A stretch of DNA of 63,114 nucleotides, filler included, from Craspedostauros australis (lineage: Eukaryota), in NCBI GenBank assembly GCA_030167865.1. It is 10 parts of 10 records of this genome, joined end to end, with 100 filler letters (N's around TTAATTAATTAA, not from the genome) between each part and the next. Parts side by side here need not be neighbours in the genome. Positions count along the whole stretch, not along the records: positions 1 to 13,903 come from JALAGF010004802.1; 9 more parts are not named here. The stretch is one strand, 5' to 3'. Shown here piece by piece: positions 1 to 9,784 of this stretch. The position numbers were made by a program, and so were the translations under genes. Numbering within the stretch: position 1 is the stretch's first letter; each line of letters begins with the position of its first letter. The notes below the pieces were generated by a model. That model did not search any database, was not told the DNA's origin, and saw only the letters and a program-made list of their open reading frames with translations.

Positions 1-1025
1 GTTCTTCCGGTCCGACCTTCTGCAGTCCGTTATCTTCGGATGGTCGTACGATGATTTGACCCGGGGTTCCCGGTGTCCCATAGCATTGCATCTTTTCAAC
101 CTTGGTTCCGAACTCTTCGATGAGGTGTCGGATGAGATGTGGTTGACGCAACGTTGCTCTGGTCTTGTCATGGTTCAGTTCGATGTTACAGCTGAGGTAA
201 TCTCCGAGGCCGCGCTCGATTGTCACCTTGAATTTGCTGCCTTGGATGTCCTTCAGGAATATCTCCAGTGCTTTGGAGTCTCCACAGCAGAAGCAATCGT
301 CCACATAGATGGCCACGATCATGCTTCCTTCATTCGTCTTTCTGTAGAACAGACACGGGTCTGCTGCGCTCTGTTCAAAGTTGATATTCTTGAGGGTCGA
401 CACCAACATCTTGAACCATTGCCTGGCGCTCTGCACAAGTCCGTAGATTGGCTTGTGTAGGGTCAGGGCTTCNNNNNNNNNNNNNNNNNNNNNNNNNNNN
501 NNNNNNNNNNNNNNNNNNNNNTCGAGGTCTCCGTGTAGGAATGCCGTTACGACATCGACGAGTGCGCAGTCCATCTTCTTGATCAGCATGATCACCATCA
601 TGACTCGATATGTCACATCGTGGATGACGGGTGAGTAGTGCTCTTGGAAGTCTACTCCTGCGACTTGCGAATAGCCACATGCAACGAGTCGCGCTCGATG
701 TGTGCCGTCACGCTTCAACTTGAAGACCCATTTGCACTTGCAGCATCTGCGGCCGCGTGGGATGGTGTCTTGTTTGATCTTGCTGTACACCTTACGTGTA
801 TCCATGGAATCGAACTCCTTTTTGATGGCTGCTCGATATCCCTTTCGATGGATGGGATCTGGGTGGTTGAAGGCTCCATCGAATGTTGTAGGTTCGATGT
901 GCTTCTCTGGTTCCTTGTTCTCGTCCTGCATCGACAGTCCGATGTCGATTGCTGGTGCTTCGGTGATGATTGCATTCATCCCGTATAGTCCTGTTGTGCT
1001 ATGATGAGTGATTTCGATCTCTTCT
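1..1025 (-). mobile_element. Ty1/Copia pol, reverse transcriptase part (continuation of gag-pol at 9767-13845; runs off window start)
   Basis: Manual minus-strand translation: EPTTFDGAF..AAIKKEFDSM..CKWVFKLKRDGTHRARLVACGYSQVAGVDF..VDVVTAFLHGDL-[gap]-KPIYGLVQSARQW..DPCLF..AIYVDD (Copia RT motifs). Confidence 0.93.
1008..1025 (+). repeat. Target-site duplication of LINE, left copy
   Basis: GTGATTTCGATCTCTTCT, identical to 9767-9784. Confidence 0.93.
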
Positions 1026-1128
1026 AATAATAATAACTCAGTGATTACGTTACGTGCCGCTAGGGCTTTACCCTCGTCTAGACGGGCCCCTCTAGGACCC
1101 GCTGTCGAGCGAGCTGTCGAAAGCGCGA

Positions 1129-4100
1129 TCAAAGTTTGACGAGCCACCCGGCCATCAGCGAGCGTTCCTGTGTCATAGACTGGTGCCGCTGTCTGGCTCG
1201 AGCGTCCCGCCGTACCTGTTTCGCTCGTTCGATCCATGTGAGAACTTGACGATGCGTGCCAGTGTCGGCCACCCCGCCTTGTAGAAGAACCTGCGATTCG
1301 CGCAGGGTAAGGCCGGGGGGATGAGAGGAGCGGAGTCGTCGCGCGAAATTGCGATCACGTGCAACCTCCGAGTCTGGCGCTTCATGGACCAGGTGGTTCC
1401 TGGCGATCCAGACAGCCCAGGGTATCTTCCATATCCGGCGTATCACATCGGCCGCCCAGGCCTCCGCCGTTCGGTGCTTGGACTGATTGTGTTTCATCCA
1501 TTCGTGTTGTTGCTGGCGCCAGTCCACATGCAGAAAGCCTTGGAGCAGCGGCAGCCACCCCAGAACTCGCTGAGGGCCCTGCGGCCGAACCTTCCAACGC
1601 CAACGACGCATCCCACTGCGCATGCCGTCCACCACTGTAGGGGCTGTGCCAACCGCCACCATGTACTCCGTCAATTCCACCACCGACGCTTCCCATACAT
1701 CGTCAAACCCACCACAGGTAAGAAGATGCTCCACAGTCTCATCTTGACGGCAGCTAGGACACTCGGAGTGCCCTTGCTGCCCTGCCTGTTTCATTTTTCG
1801 GCCCACCGCCATGAACCCGGTTGAGAGCTTCGTCACGAACCGGGTATACTCACGGGCGGAAGCGGACTTGCGCGCCTTGGAGTATGCCAGCCAATCCACC
1901 GACGAGCAATCTGACTCACTCCAGCCATGTTTTGCTTGCCAATACTCAAGAATGTCATCCTGTTGTGCAGCTACCTCCATGGCGGAGGAGTCCACGTGCG
2001 AGTAGGGAGCCCCATTCCAGCCGATTCGCCAAATCGGGGCCGAAACGACCCATTTGTCTATCGCTGGCAACGCCGAGATTGCATCCCAGTGTCGCTTGGC
2101 TTCCGCGTCCGCTCGGACGTTCAGCCTAGCCCAGATGTCGAGTGGGGATGATGTATCATCCTGGTGCCCTTTCACCCACCTCCACTGTATAGAGCACTGG
2201 AGCATGGATTTAACGTGCTCGATCTCCGAGAGGATATCCCAATCCCTGTGTGTAGGCCGGGGAGAGCCGTCCCTAGCTCTGTTGAGAGCTTGTTTGCCAT
2301 CGAGAGCGAGAGTGATGGAAGGGATGCTCACCTCGTGCTGCAGAAGAAACACGTGGATGAGGGAGGCGAGGATGCCCACCAGTTCGCTGCGATACGAGCT
2401 CTGCATCTGGGGAGATCCGGGGACTGTAGCCAACACCGAGACCGACTTTTGAGTGAGGGTGTCGTAGATGATGGAAGCTGAGGTGCCCCTGCCGTCCTTG
2501 TAGGAGCCGTCGCTCACTGCCACCAGAGTACCCGCCTCGGACGCCCTTTGGGCATCTTGAGGAGTGAGGTCGCCTTCCGTGCTTTGGATGTACGGGAAGC
2601 GCTCGGGCTCGTGATGCGGAACCTCGTCCTGCGTGACTTGATGGCCTTTCGCGCTGTCCCATGTGATGTATCGGCCGTGCCTCGTCACAGAGACTCTCAC
2701 AGCTTCCGCTGGTATGGGAAGGTCTGTGTATGCTGGGTGGAATCGCGCTCGCCTTGTGCGCCGTTGGCCCTGAGTCCTCCTGTAAGCTATCGTGGAGACC
2801 GTAGTCACCTCGAAGATTGCATCAGTGAGCGGGTCGTACCACCACCGCCACCTGTGCTCGTCAAAGTGCCAGGGGCCAAGGGGGTCCGACAGTGAGCCAC
2901 CGGGGGAACACATCCTGCCGCAGAACTTCCGCCAATCGTTCCACCAGCTCGCTGGCAGCCGTGAAGGCAGTCGCGGCCAGGATCGTCGCAGCGTGGACGC
3001 TTCGTGCCCGGCCATGGCCTCGGCGATGATACGGGAGCCATCTGCGGACGCGATGTCTGAGACAAACACTGCTCCGAGTGACAACCTGCACATGTTCACG
3101 CGTCGGAGTCGATGCCCGTGGTATCCATAGCCCAAGGCAATCTCCGTGAGAGCTCTGTCCTCATGCCTTTGAGGGATCAACGCCAGGGTGGTTTCCTTGA
3201 TATGGAATCCGGCCTCCTGGATATCACCCCACAGGTTGGAGACCCAGCAGGGGGTGAGAGAATCGCGAAGCAGATGGTGTGGATGGTCAAAAAGGGAGCC
3301 TGACACGCCCACTTCGTCTTTGAGGGCCTCTATCGAGTGCTCGATCATCCTCCCTGTCGGGGTTGATGCGTGGACTTCCAGAAACATTGCCTGTACTTGT
3401 CGAACAACTTGGCGCCTCCAGGGATTCGGGATCCCAAGGCCTCCTTCGGCGACGGGTGCATAAAGAACTGCTCGAGGAAAGGTGCGCATCAGCTTCATCT
3501 TGGGGAGGGCGGCTTGCAGAGCTGGGGCTGTGATGTAGTTCCATTGACCGGGTGTCAGCTGGACCGCAGCCATCACGTACTCAATGGACTTCATAAACCG
3601 TAGAACCAGCGCCGCTCTGGCCTCGCTGGGGGAAACCTGGGCCACCCGCAACTTGTCCGCGAACAGTTCGGCCTTACGCCGGAGTGTGCTGACTTGGACG
3701 TCATTGCGGCCGTCAAGGGAGATGGCCACCCCCAGTGTTTCGACTGGGTCGGTATGCCGCTTCCGCAGGATAACGGCTCTGTTGTCGCCACCTGACTGAA
3801 TGTCGATGACGTCGCCCATGTTTGAATCCTCCGCCCACCATTGGCCTGATTCGAAGGAGAAATGAACAGCCCACCACGCGGACTTAGCGGGCACTATGGC
3901 GCCGCCCGTGGCCGCTAGGAGGTTGCTCCACTCCTCGATCATGTCTTGGAACTTCTGGAAACCCTCTTGAGGGGATTCTCTTTGTTTAGAGATTCGTACG
4001 AGGTCTGTATCGTCAACAAAGGCGGAACCCAGGACTTTCAGTGGGGAACGACTGAGTGGAGCTCTGAGAACGGATTCGTGGCCTTGTGCTTGCATTGCCT

Positions 4101-6564
4101 TGAACATGACTGAGCTGATGACCGCCCATATGGCGGGCCCGGCTCCGTTGCCTTGTCCAATGCCGTGCATAAGGCACTGGTGGTCCTTTACGTAGCTGGC
4201 TTGAGACACTCCGTACGCCGTGCTGATGTGATGCTCGGACTGCTGAAGCGTGCCAAACATGCTTCTCACCGCGCTGGGATTCGCCCCTGCTGCCATCATG
4301 GCTGCCGCAGCAAAGTTCGGAACTATCCGATCGTAGCACGACTTCGCATCGTTGGAGCAGAAGAAGACCGGAGCCTTCTTCTGGTAAGCGATGTCAAGCG
4401 AGAGCCGCTTGTTGAGAGCGGCTACAATCACCGACATGCCTCTCCTGCTGCCGAACTGATACTGTGACAACCAACCCGTCGACTCTGCAGCGGACATCAT
4501 GTCACGGCCGAGACGCTTGTTGTTGATGTTGAATTGCGCGTCCATGAGCTGGATGGTGCGCATCCTCTCGATGTTGTATACCTGCGCTTTCTTCAGTATC
4601 TGCACGTCGGTGATCCGGTGCCAGGCGAGTGGGGCCACAGCACACTGGTACGGAATTTCCCGGAGCTGCATGTCCACTTTGGCCAGCGTAGAATTCTGTG
4701 CTGCCGCCTTGTAGTGCCCGAAGTGTGGGGTGGACGGTTCCGAGTTGACGCGCTCTGTCTGCTTCTTCCATGCGTCCTGATGGTCGTCGACGGTCAGAAG
4801 GTCCGGCCTGTGAGTCTGCGGCTGTAAGGCTTGCAGGAGGGCGACCAGTTGGTCATTCATCTTGTCTGGGAGAGGGGTTGCGCCAAGGAGCACTTGCCCG
4901 GATGTCTCTTTAGACCAGATCTTGTCTAGGAACGCTCGCCCGGGTCGCACCAGGCAGGGCGCTTCTTTGGCCTGTGAGAAACGCTGACGGTTTTCGCGGA
5001 TGCAAGTCTTTGCGATAAGCGCCGGCTCCGTGCATTCGTGGGTTTCACCCAGCTCGTTGGTGAACAAGACTTTTGTCGTCAGCGAATTCTCGGCGCCGAA
5101 GACCCGCCTGAGACGTCGGGATTCGGCTCTCTGCGCCTCCCTGTTCTGGAGTTGCTGGAGGGCGCTGTCTGCTTCCAGTAGGCCTTGCTCCTGTTTTGCT
5201 TGGGCCAGCTCGACCAGGTAGTCTTGCCGGAGTGTCCGTTGCCGCTTCTGCAGAGCATAGTACTTCTTGTATGCTTGTTCGCGCCTCGATTTTGCGGCAT
5301 CGAGTGAATCTGGTGGGTCGAGCCCCGTCGCCTTGCGGAGACGTCTCCTTAGAGAAGAACTGACGTGCACTTTGGACAAGGCCTTGACCTCAAGGGTCCA
5401 AAACCTGATATTGAGGCGTGCGTGCTTGATCTCCGGCGACCACTCGATGGCGCCCATCTTCAGCTTGCGGCAGCCCTTCTCCGCCTTCCGTTTGATTTCG
5501 TGGGTCTGGTTCATCAGCCGATCGAGTTTGGCTGTCTGGGTGGAGTTGAGCTCCCACCCCTGCTTACTCGCTGCGAGATAGAGGGCATTCGCTCGCCGAA
5601 TGATGCCGTGCTTGGTGTACTCCTCAAGCAGTGAATCGTTGTACCTCTTCACCACGTTAGGGTTTTGAAGCTGGAGGCGTCTGGGCGGTCGGGAAGGTAT
5701 AGGTCTGGTGCCGTGTCCCAGGACCTCATGGAAGTCCAGATCGATCCACAGTGCCTTGTGGTCGGATGGGATCGCTTCGCCAAAGTCAAAGTACCCTCCA
5801 TCCACGATGTGTGCCCCGGAGGACAGGAAGATTGCGTCAATGGGGACACCTTTCTGATTACGTTGCTGAGTGGCTGACCTGGACGCTTCGCCCATGAAGG
5901 ACCAAAGCGCGTTGGGAAGGCCAAGGTTGGACATGGATTGGGCGGTGGGGCTGTCGATGGCGTCGTCATTGACATCAGCGCCGAGGACTACGACCTCTCC
6001 AGCCTCCTTCCATCTCTTAATATCGTCTTCGAGGTCCATTTGCCAGGCAGACAGCGGGTCAAGATCCCTTCCGGTTGCCTGGAGGGCCCGGAGGTGCTGG
6101 GACCAAACCGTATGCTCGCCTTGCTCGGATCTGCAGGGTCGGTAGGCAGAAACGACTCGGAGCCGCTTGCCTTGTTTCCCCTCGAAGGAGAGAGAGGACC
6201 ATCTGCCCATGCCGGAGGGGTTGGCCTCGCGCCCGTTGACTCGATGAGATAGCTCGTTGAATGCGGAGACAGCTGTACCTCCGTATTGCCGCGGTGCGAG
6301 ATGCACGTCGTGCATGTTGTGGGCGAAGACGGATTTCTCTTTGCGAAGAGGGCCGGGGAGCCGCTCCTTCCATTGGTCGAACGCCAGTACGTTATCCCAA
6401 CGAATGTTCGTTTCGGCCATCGCAATCACGTCGACTTCCTCCCGATGGATGAATTCGAATATGGCCTGGTTTTTCTCTTGGTACTTCTTTAAGGGAAGCT
6501 GGGCCACATTCTGAAAGACGATGCGGATGGTGTCCTTCCTCTTGGGTTTCTGAGACGTTTGCAT
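1129..6564 (-). CDS. LINE ORF2, 1811 aa: AP endonuclease, reverse transcriptase, RNase H, C-terminal zinc knuckle
   Basis: APE: FQNV..MAETN..GADVN..IDAIF..SDH; RT: SNDAKSCYDRI..GIGQG..FVDD; RNase H: VSDGS..RSEL..LDG..WVKGH..NVRAD; CPSC..ETVEHLLTC. Confidence 0.95.
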   Translation of the reverse strand: MQTSQKPKRKDTIRIVFQNVAQLPLKKYQEKNQAIFEFIHREEVDVIAMAETNIRWDNVLAFDQWKERLPGPLRKEKSVFAHNMHDVHLAPRQYGGTAVSAFNELSHRVNGREANPSGMGRWSSLSFEGKQGKRLRVVSAYRPCRSEQGEHTVWSQHLRALQATGRDLDPLSAWQMDLEDDIKRWKEAGEVVVLGADVNDDAIDSPTAQSMSNLGLPNALWSFMGEASRSATQQRNQKGVPIDAIFLSSGAHIVDGGYFDFGEAIPSDHKALWIDLDFHEVLGHGTRPIPSRPPRRLQLQNPNVVKRYNDSLLEEYTKHGIIRRANALYLAASKQGWELNSTQTAKLDRLMNQTHEIKRKAEKGCRKLKMGAIEWSPEIKHARLNIRFWTLEVKALSKVHVSSSLRRRLRKATGLDPPDSLDAAKSRREQAYKKYYALQKRQRTLRQDYLVELAQAKQEQGLLEADSALQQLQNREAQRAESRRLRRVFGAENSLTTKVLFTNELGETHECTEPALIAKTCIRENRQRFSQAKEAPCLVRPGRAFLDKIWSKETSGQVLLGATPLPDKMNDQLVALLQALQPQTHRPDLLTVDDHQDAWKKQTERVNSEPSTPHFGHYKAAAQNSTLAKVDMQLREIPYQCAVAPLAWHRITDVQILKKAQVYNIERMRTIQLMDAQFNINNKRLGRDMMSAAESTGWLSQYQFGSRRGMSVIVAALNKRLSLDIAYQKKAPVFFCSNDAKSCYDRIVPNFAAAAMMAAGANPSAVRSMFGTLQQSEHHISTAYGVSQASYVKDHQCLMHGIGQGNGAGPAIWAVISSVMFKAMQAQGHESVLRAPLSRSPLKVLGSAFVDDTDLVRISKQRESPQEGFQKFQDMIEEWSNLLAATGGAIVPAKSAWWAVHFSFESGQWWAEDSNMGDVIDIQSGGDNRAVILRKRHTDPVETLGVAISLDGRNDVQVSTLRRKAELFADKLRVAQVSPSEARAALVLRFMKSIEYVMAAVQLTPGQWNYITAPALQAALPKMKLMRTFPRAVLYAPVAEGGLGIPNPWRRQVVRQVQAMFLEVHASTPTGRMIEHSIEALKDEVGVSGSLFDHPHHLLRDSLTPCWVSNLWGDIQEAGFHIKETTLALIPQRHEDRALTEIALGYGYHGHRLRRVNMCRLSLGAVFVSDIASADGSRIIAEAMAGHEASTLRRSWPRLPSRLPASWWNDWRKFCGRMCSPGGSLSDPLGPWHFDEHRWRWWYDPLTDAIFEVTTVSTIAYRRTQGQRRTRRARFHPAYTDLPIPAEAVRVSVTRHGRYITWDSAKGHQVTQDEVPHHEPERFPYIQSTEGDLTPQDAQRASEAGTLVAVSDGSYKDGRGTSASIIYDTLTQKSVSVLATVPGSPQMQSSYRSELVGILASLIHVFLLQHEVSIPSITLALDGKQALNRARDGSPRPTHRDWDILSEIEHVKSMLQCSIQWRWVKGHQDDTSSPLDIWARLNVRADAEAKRHWDAISALPAIDKWVVSAPIWRIGWNGAPYSHVDSSAMEVAAQQDDILEYWQAKHGWSESDCSSVDWLAYSKARKSASAREYTRFVTKLSTGFMAVGRKMKQAGQQGHSECPSCRQDETVEHLLTCGGFDDVWEASVVELTEYMVAVGTAPTVVDGMRSGMRRWRWKVRPQGPQRVLGWLPLLQGFLHVDWRQQQHEWMKHNQSKHRTAEAWAADVIRRIWKIPWAVWIARNHLVHEAPDSEVARDRNFARRLRSSHPPGLTLRESQVLLQGGVADTGTHRQVLTWIERAKQVRRDARARQRHQSMTQERSLMAGWLVKL

Positions 6565-7393
6565 GTTGTCGTCGCGTTTCGGTAGGTCGCCTTGACGTCG
6601 GTCTTGAAAGTTTGGAGTGACGGCAGTGGCCAGAGGGCCTCGTGTGAGCGTTGCAGGTACGGATCTGACAGCGCCTGTATAAGTGTTGCGTGAGCGTATG
6701 TGTGGGATGGTGAGGGTACGCGGATGTAGTGGTGTGCACAGAGGTAGTGGTGTGCGTGTTGGTGTGCGTACGGGATTATGTGGTGGTGAGTGGGTTGGTT
6801 CGTGTGGTGGTTAGAGTGGTGGTGCGTGTGGTGGTGAGTGTGGTGGTTGGTGTGGTGGTTAGTGTGGTGGTTAGTGTGGTAGTTAGTGTCGTGGAGTGTG
6901 TGGGGGAGCGTTCGGTGATGTGGGTTGGGTGGTGTAAGCGTGGTGTGAATGCGGTGGTGTGGAAATTAATGTAACTGGTTGGAAAGTGAATGGTTGTGAG
7001 AGTGGAGTCCGGGCGCCGAGGAGTCCTGCAGCTGTGTGTAGTGGGAGTCGCAGATGTTCGAACGCCGGTGTGGACTGGGGTCTTAGTACGGTAGGGGAGG
7101 TTGTGATACTGTCGCCTGGGTTGTTCGTCGGTCTTGGCAATGTAGATGCGATCGGGGCCGCTGTAGTGGCCGGGTGGGGAAGTGGTCCTGGAGTCTTTGT
7201 GGTGTGGTACTGCCGGGACGGCCTTCGTGCTTGTTGGTTGTGTCGTGGTAGTAGTTGTAGTGTTCTTTGGTGTGAGTACTGGTGTAATCGTTCTTGTTGT
7301 AGTTGTCGTCGTTGGTGGTTGTTTTTTTTTATAGTGGCCGGGACCGGGTGGAGAGGGTTCTTATTCCTCTCGGTTTAGAGTGTGTTGGGACTG
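6565..7393 (-). other. LINE inter-ORF spacer (829 nt), C/A-rich on sense strand, with imperfect 12-bp tandem repeat (ACCACCACACTA-like) at ~6785-6890
   Basis: Lies between ORF1 stop and ORF2 ATG; strong GT skew on + strand; no sense-strand ATG seen. Confidence 0.8.
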
Positions 7394-9667
7394 CTACTCC
7401 TTGGTATCCATGGCGTCTTTGCTGCCAGTGAGTGGTACCTCGGGGAGAGGGGATAGGGCCACAGACGGGAAGGCGTACGAGCCATCCTTGGTCGTGATCG
7501 GCATCTCCACGTCATGTAGAGCTGTTGGATCGGTGGCGAACTGATTTGGCCGGGCCGCCTTGGTCCGAGTGGTTTTGGTCATCGCGTGGCCTGCGAATTC
7601 CACCTGCTGATGGAGAGAGATGTCCGCAAAGGTTGCCAGGGTGTTGGACCCCACGGTATGGTTGTCTCCAGTTTGATTCTTTGGAATGTTGTCCAGATCG
7701 ATCTCAATCTTGAGAAGGGGGATGCGCTTGGCACGGCCTTCGTCGTCTACTGCGCCTTTCCAACCCATGTCTTCTGCGAGAACCGAGTTCATTGCCTCCA
7801 CGTCCGAGTGAAGGACACTTTGAGCAATCTCGGTGTATTCCTCAATCTCGTCTTCGTCGATGCCTGTGACAAAACCTGTTGCCCAGTCTTCCGTGAAGTT
7901 GTCTGTGTCCGCCCAGCCGGAGGGAGTGAACCAGTGGTGGCAGTTACCTCCGAGTAGTTTGAGGCAAAGGAATGGGAGCTTGGAGATCACCTCTTGCGCC
8001 TCGACTTGGCGGTCCTCGTGGTACACAAAGTTGGTACGGAAGGGATCTGCTCTGTCAGTATCCACGGATACGAATAGGGCGTATTCGGGGCTCGCGAAGG
8101 ATCGGAAATTCATGATCACCTCACGGAGTGAGACCAGGTACACTGACATTGGGACGTCCAGTTCTTGGATCGATTCGACACCTTGTGTGAGCATCTTCGT
8201 TTCAAATCGGTGCTGGGCCTTCGCCATATACTCGAGACCCAGGAGCTTCCTTGGGGAGGGGACGAAGCGCGGGTCGAGTGCATCTGGCATGAACCGAAGC
8301 TGCTTGCCGAGGACCAGACTGGCACCTTTGTCATTAAAGATTCGCTTCATCGCGGCACGGCACTCCTTGGCTTTGGAGTGGCCGCACATGACATGTGCTG
8401 CACGCTGCCTGTCTTTGAATTCTTTGCGTTTCACCTGACGTCCAGACCGTAGGCGAATCTCTTTGAGGCGTATTTCGATTTCCATCACTCCAGACACTTT
8501 GCTGTGGCCACCGATGACTTCTGCCAAGTCTTTGTTGTTGGTGGTGCTATGGCTGCCAAAAAGCCAGCCTGCCGAGACGATTGTCTTTTCCTGGATCGCG
8601 GATGGTTTCATGTGAATACCTTCATCAATCAGCGTGCCATCGTCCTTGAATGAGTCGAAGTCCTTCTTGTGGGCAAGAAGAATACGTGTGAAAATGGTGT
8701 TCCCCGTCCTTGCGTAGAGGTTCTTGACGAACAACTTCACTGTCTCTCTGGATTCCCATTTGCCGTCTCGCTTGGACCAAGGCCTTGTGGTGCCGTGGTG
8801 CCAGGACATGAACTTGGCGTTGACGTCATTTTGGAAGACGAAGTCGACCACGACGTTGAGACTTTCGATCGCTTGCGCGGGAGCGGTCTTGTCCCCATCT
8901 CTGGGAGCAGGAAGTCGCAGGTCTACAAAGGTGCGATGGAAGTCAGATAGTGCATTGTTGACCGAGTTGCGGGTTTTCTCCGTCGATTCTCTGCGAAGGT
9001 AAAGCATCTCCGTTTTCTTCTGTTTCTTCTTCTCCGATGGGTTGGGGGAAATTGCTTTCTCCCCTTCCAGGTTGTCCACATCGATTTGCTTGTCTTTCAT
9101 GAAGACCAGGCGAGCTGCGATCCATCCTGCGGATTCGTGAGTCTCCCTCAACCTGCCGCTCTCCCACATGGAGGTGAACAGGTTGTCCGTCTTGATGAGA
9201 CGTAGGTAGAGGTCGATGGTGCGGGCATTGTCGTTCGGATCCAGTTTCTGTTGCGTGGCTTTTTGAAAGATGTCTGACCACTGTGCGACTTTGACGAATG
9301 GAGGGTTGCCAGCCAGTCCTTTGATGTATCTTGCTGCATCGTGAATGGTGTCGCCTTCGCCGAAGAGTTCCTTGAAGGGTTGGACCAGGCGCGTCGCGAA
9401 GTTGCGCTCCTTGAGCATTTTTCGCCATTGTTGCTCCAGTGCGTGGCTCCAGATCCAGCCGTCTTTTTTCGTGGTGCTGGAACTTTTGGGTGTAGGAGCC
9501 TGCTCGTCGGTCATTGTAACTTCCTCGTCGCCATGGGGGTCGTTCGAAGCTGGGATTTGGACAGGTGGTGGGTAGGCCTTTGCCGGAGGCTTGCCTGGCG
9601 GCGGTGGGGGTATCGGGGCCATGGTGTCGGCTTTGTGATCGCGGTCACTACGTTTTTGTTTCGCCAT
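7394..9667 (-). CDS. LINE ORF1, 757 aa
   Basis: Long ORF 5' of ORF2 inside the TSD-bounded element; C-terminal part (SLREVIM..FVSVD..LP..WFTP) aligns with ORF1 of the second LINE at 47786-48552. Confidence 0.88.
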   Translation of the reverse strand: MAKQKRSDRDHKADTMAPIPPPPPGKPPAKAYPPPVQIPASNDPHGDEEVTMTDEQAPTPKSSSTTKKDGWIWSHALEQQWRKMLKERNFATRLVQPFKELFGEGDTIHDAARYIKGLAGNPPFVKVAQWSDIFQKATQQKLDPNDNARTIDLYLRLIKTDNLFTSMWESGRLRETHESAGWIAARLVFMKDKQIDVDNLEGEKAISPNPSEKKKQKKTEMLYLRRESTEKTRNSVNNALSDFHRTFVDLRLPAPRDGDKTAPAQAIESLNVVVDFVFQNDVNAKFMSWHHGTTRPWSKRDGKWESRETVKLFVKNLYARTGNTIFTRILLAHKKDFDSFKDDGTLIDEGIHMKPSAIQEKTIVSAGWLFGSHSTTNNKDLAEVIGGHSKVSGVMEIEIRLKEIRLRSGRQVKRKEFKDRQRAAHVMCGHSKAKECRAAMKRIFNDKGASLVLGKQLRFMPDALDPRFVPSPRKLLGLEYMAKAQHRFETKMLTQGVESIQELDVPMSVYLVSLREVIMNFRSFASPEYALFVSVDTDRADPFRTNFVYHEDRQVEAQEVISKLPFLCLKLLGGNCHHWFTPSGWADTDNFTEDWATGFVTGIDEDEIEEYTEIAQSVLHSDVEAMNSVLAEDMGWKGAVDDEGRAKRIPLLKIEIDLDNIPKNQTGDNHTVGSNTLATFADISLHQQVEFAGHAMTKTTRTKAARPNQFATDPTALHDVEMPITTKDGSYAFPSVALSPLPEVPLTGSKDAMDTKE

Positions 9668-9766
9668 TGTCGCGGCTTCACTTCCAGTACTGGTTTAACG
9701 TGTTCTACGTAAGAATTTTTGTACCAGTTCTACGTACGTCTTCGACAGGGGAAGGGTCACGAGACT

Positions 9767-9784
9767 GTGATTTCGATCTCTTCT
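9767..9784 (+). repeat. Target-site duplication of LINE, right copy
   Basis: GTGATTTCGATCTCTTCT, identical to 1008-1025. Confidence 0.93.

Larger units (their letters stand above)
1026..9766 (-). mobile_element. Full-length non-LTR retrotransposon (ORF1 + APE-RT-RNase H ORF2), probably Ambal clade
   Basis: Two uninterrupted ORFs, 18-bp TSD, (TAA)4 at 1025-1036 = (TTA)n 3' tail on sense strand, ~99-nt 5' UTR; clade inferred from domain architecture and diatom context. Confidence 0.92.

Noticed and set aside
7360..7396. Read-through of LINE ORF1 stop (TAG CAG TCC, leaky-like context) into ORF2
   Set aside because: A TAA follows ten codons later and ORF2 is in a different frame.
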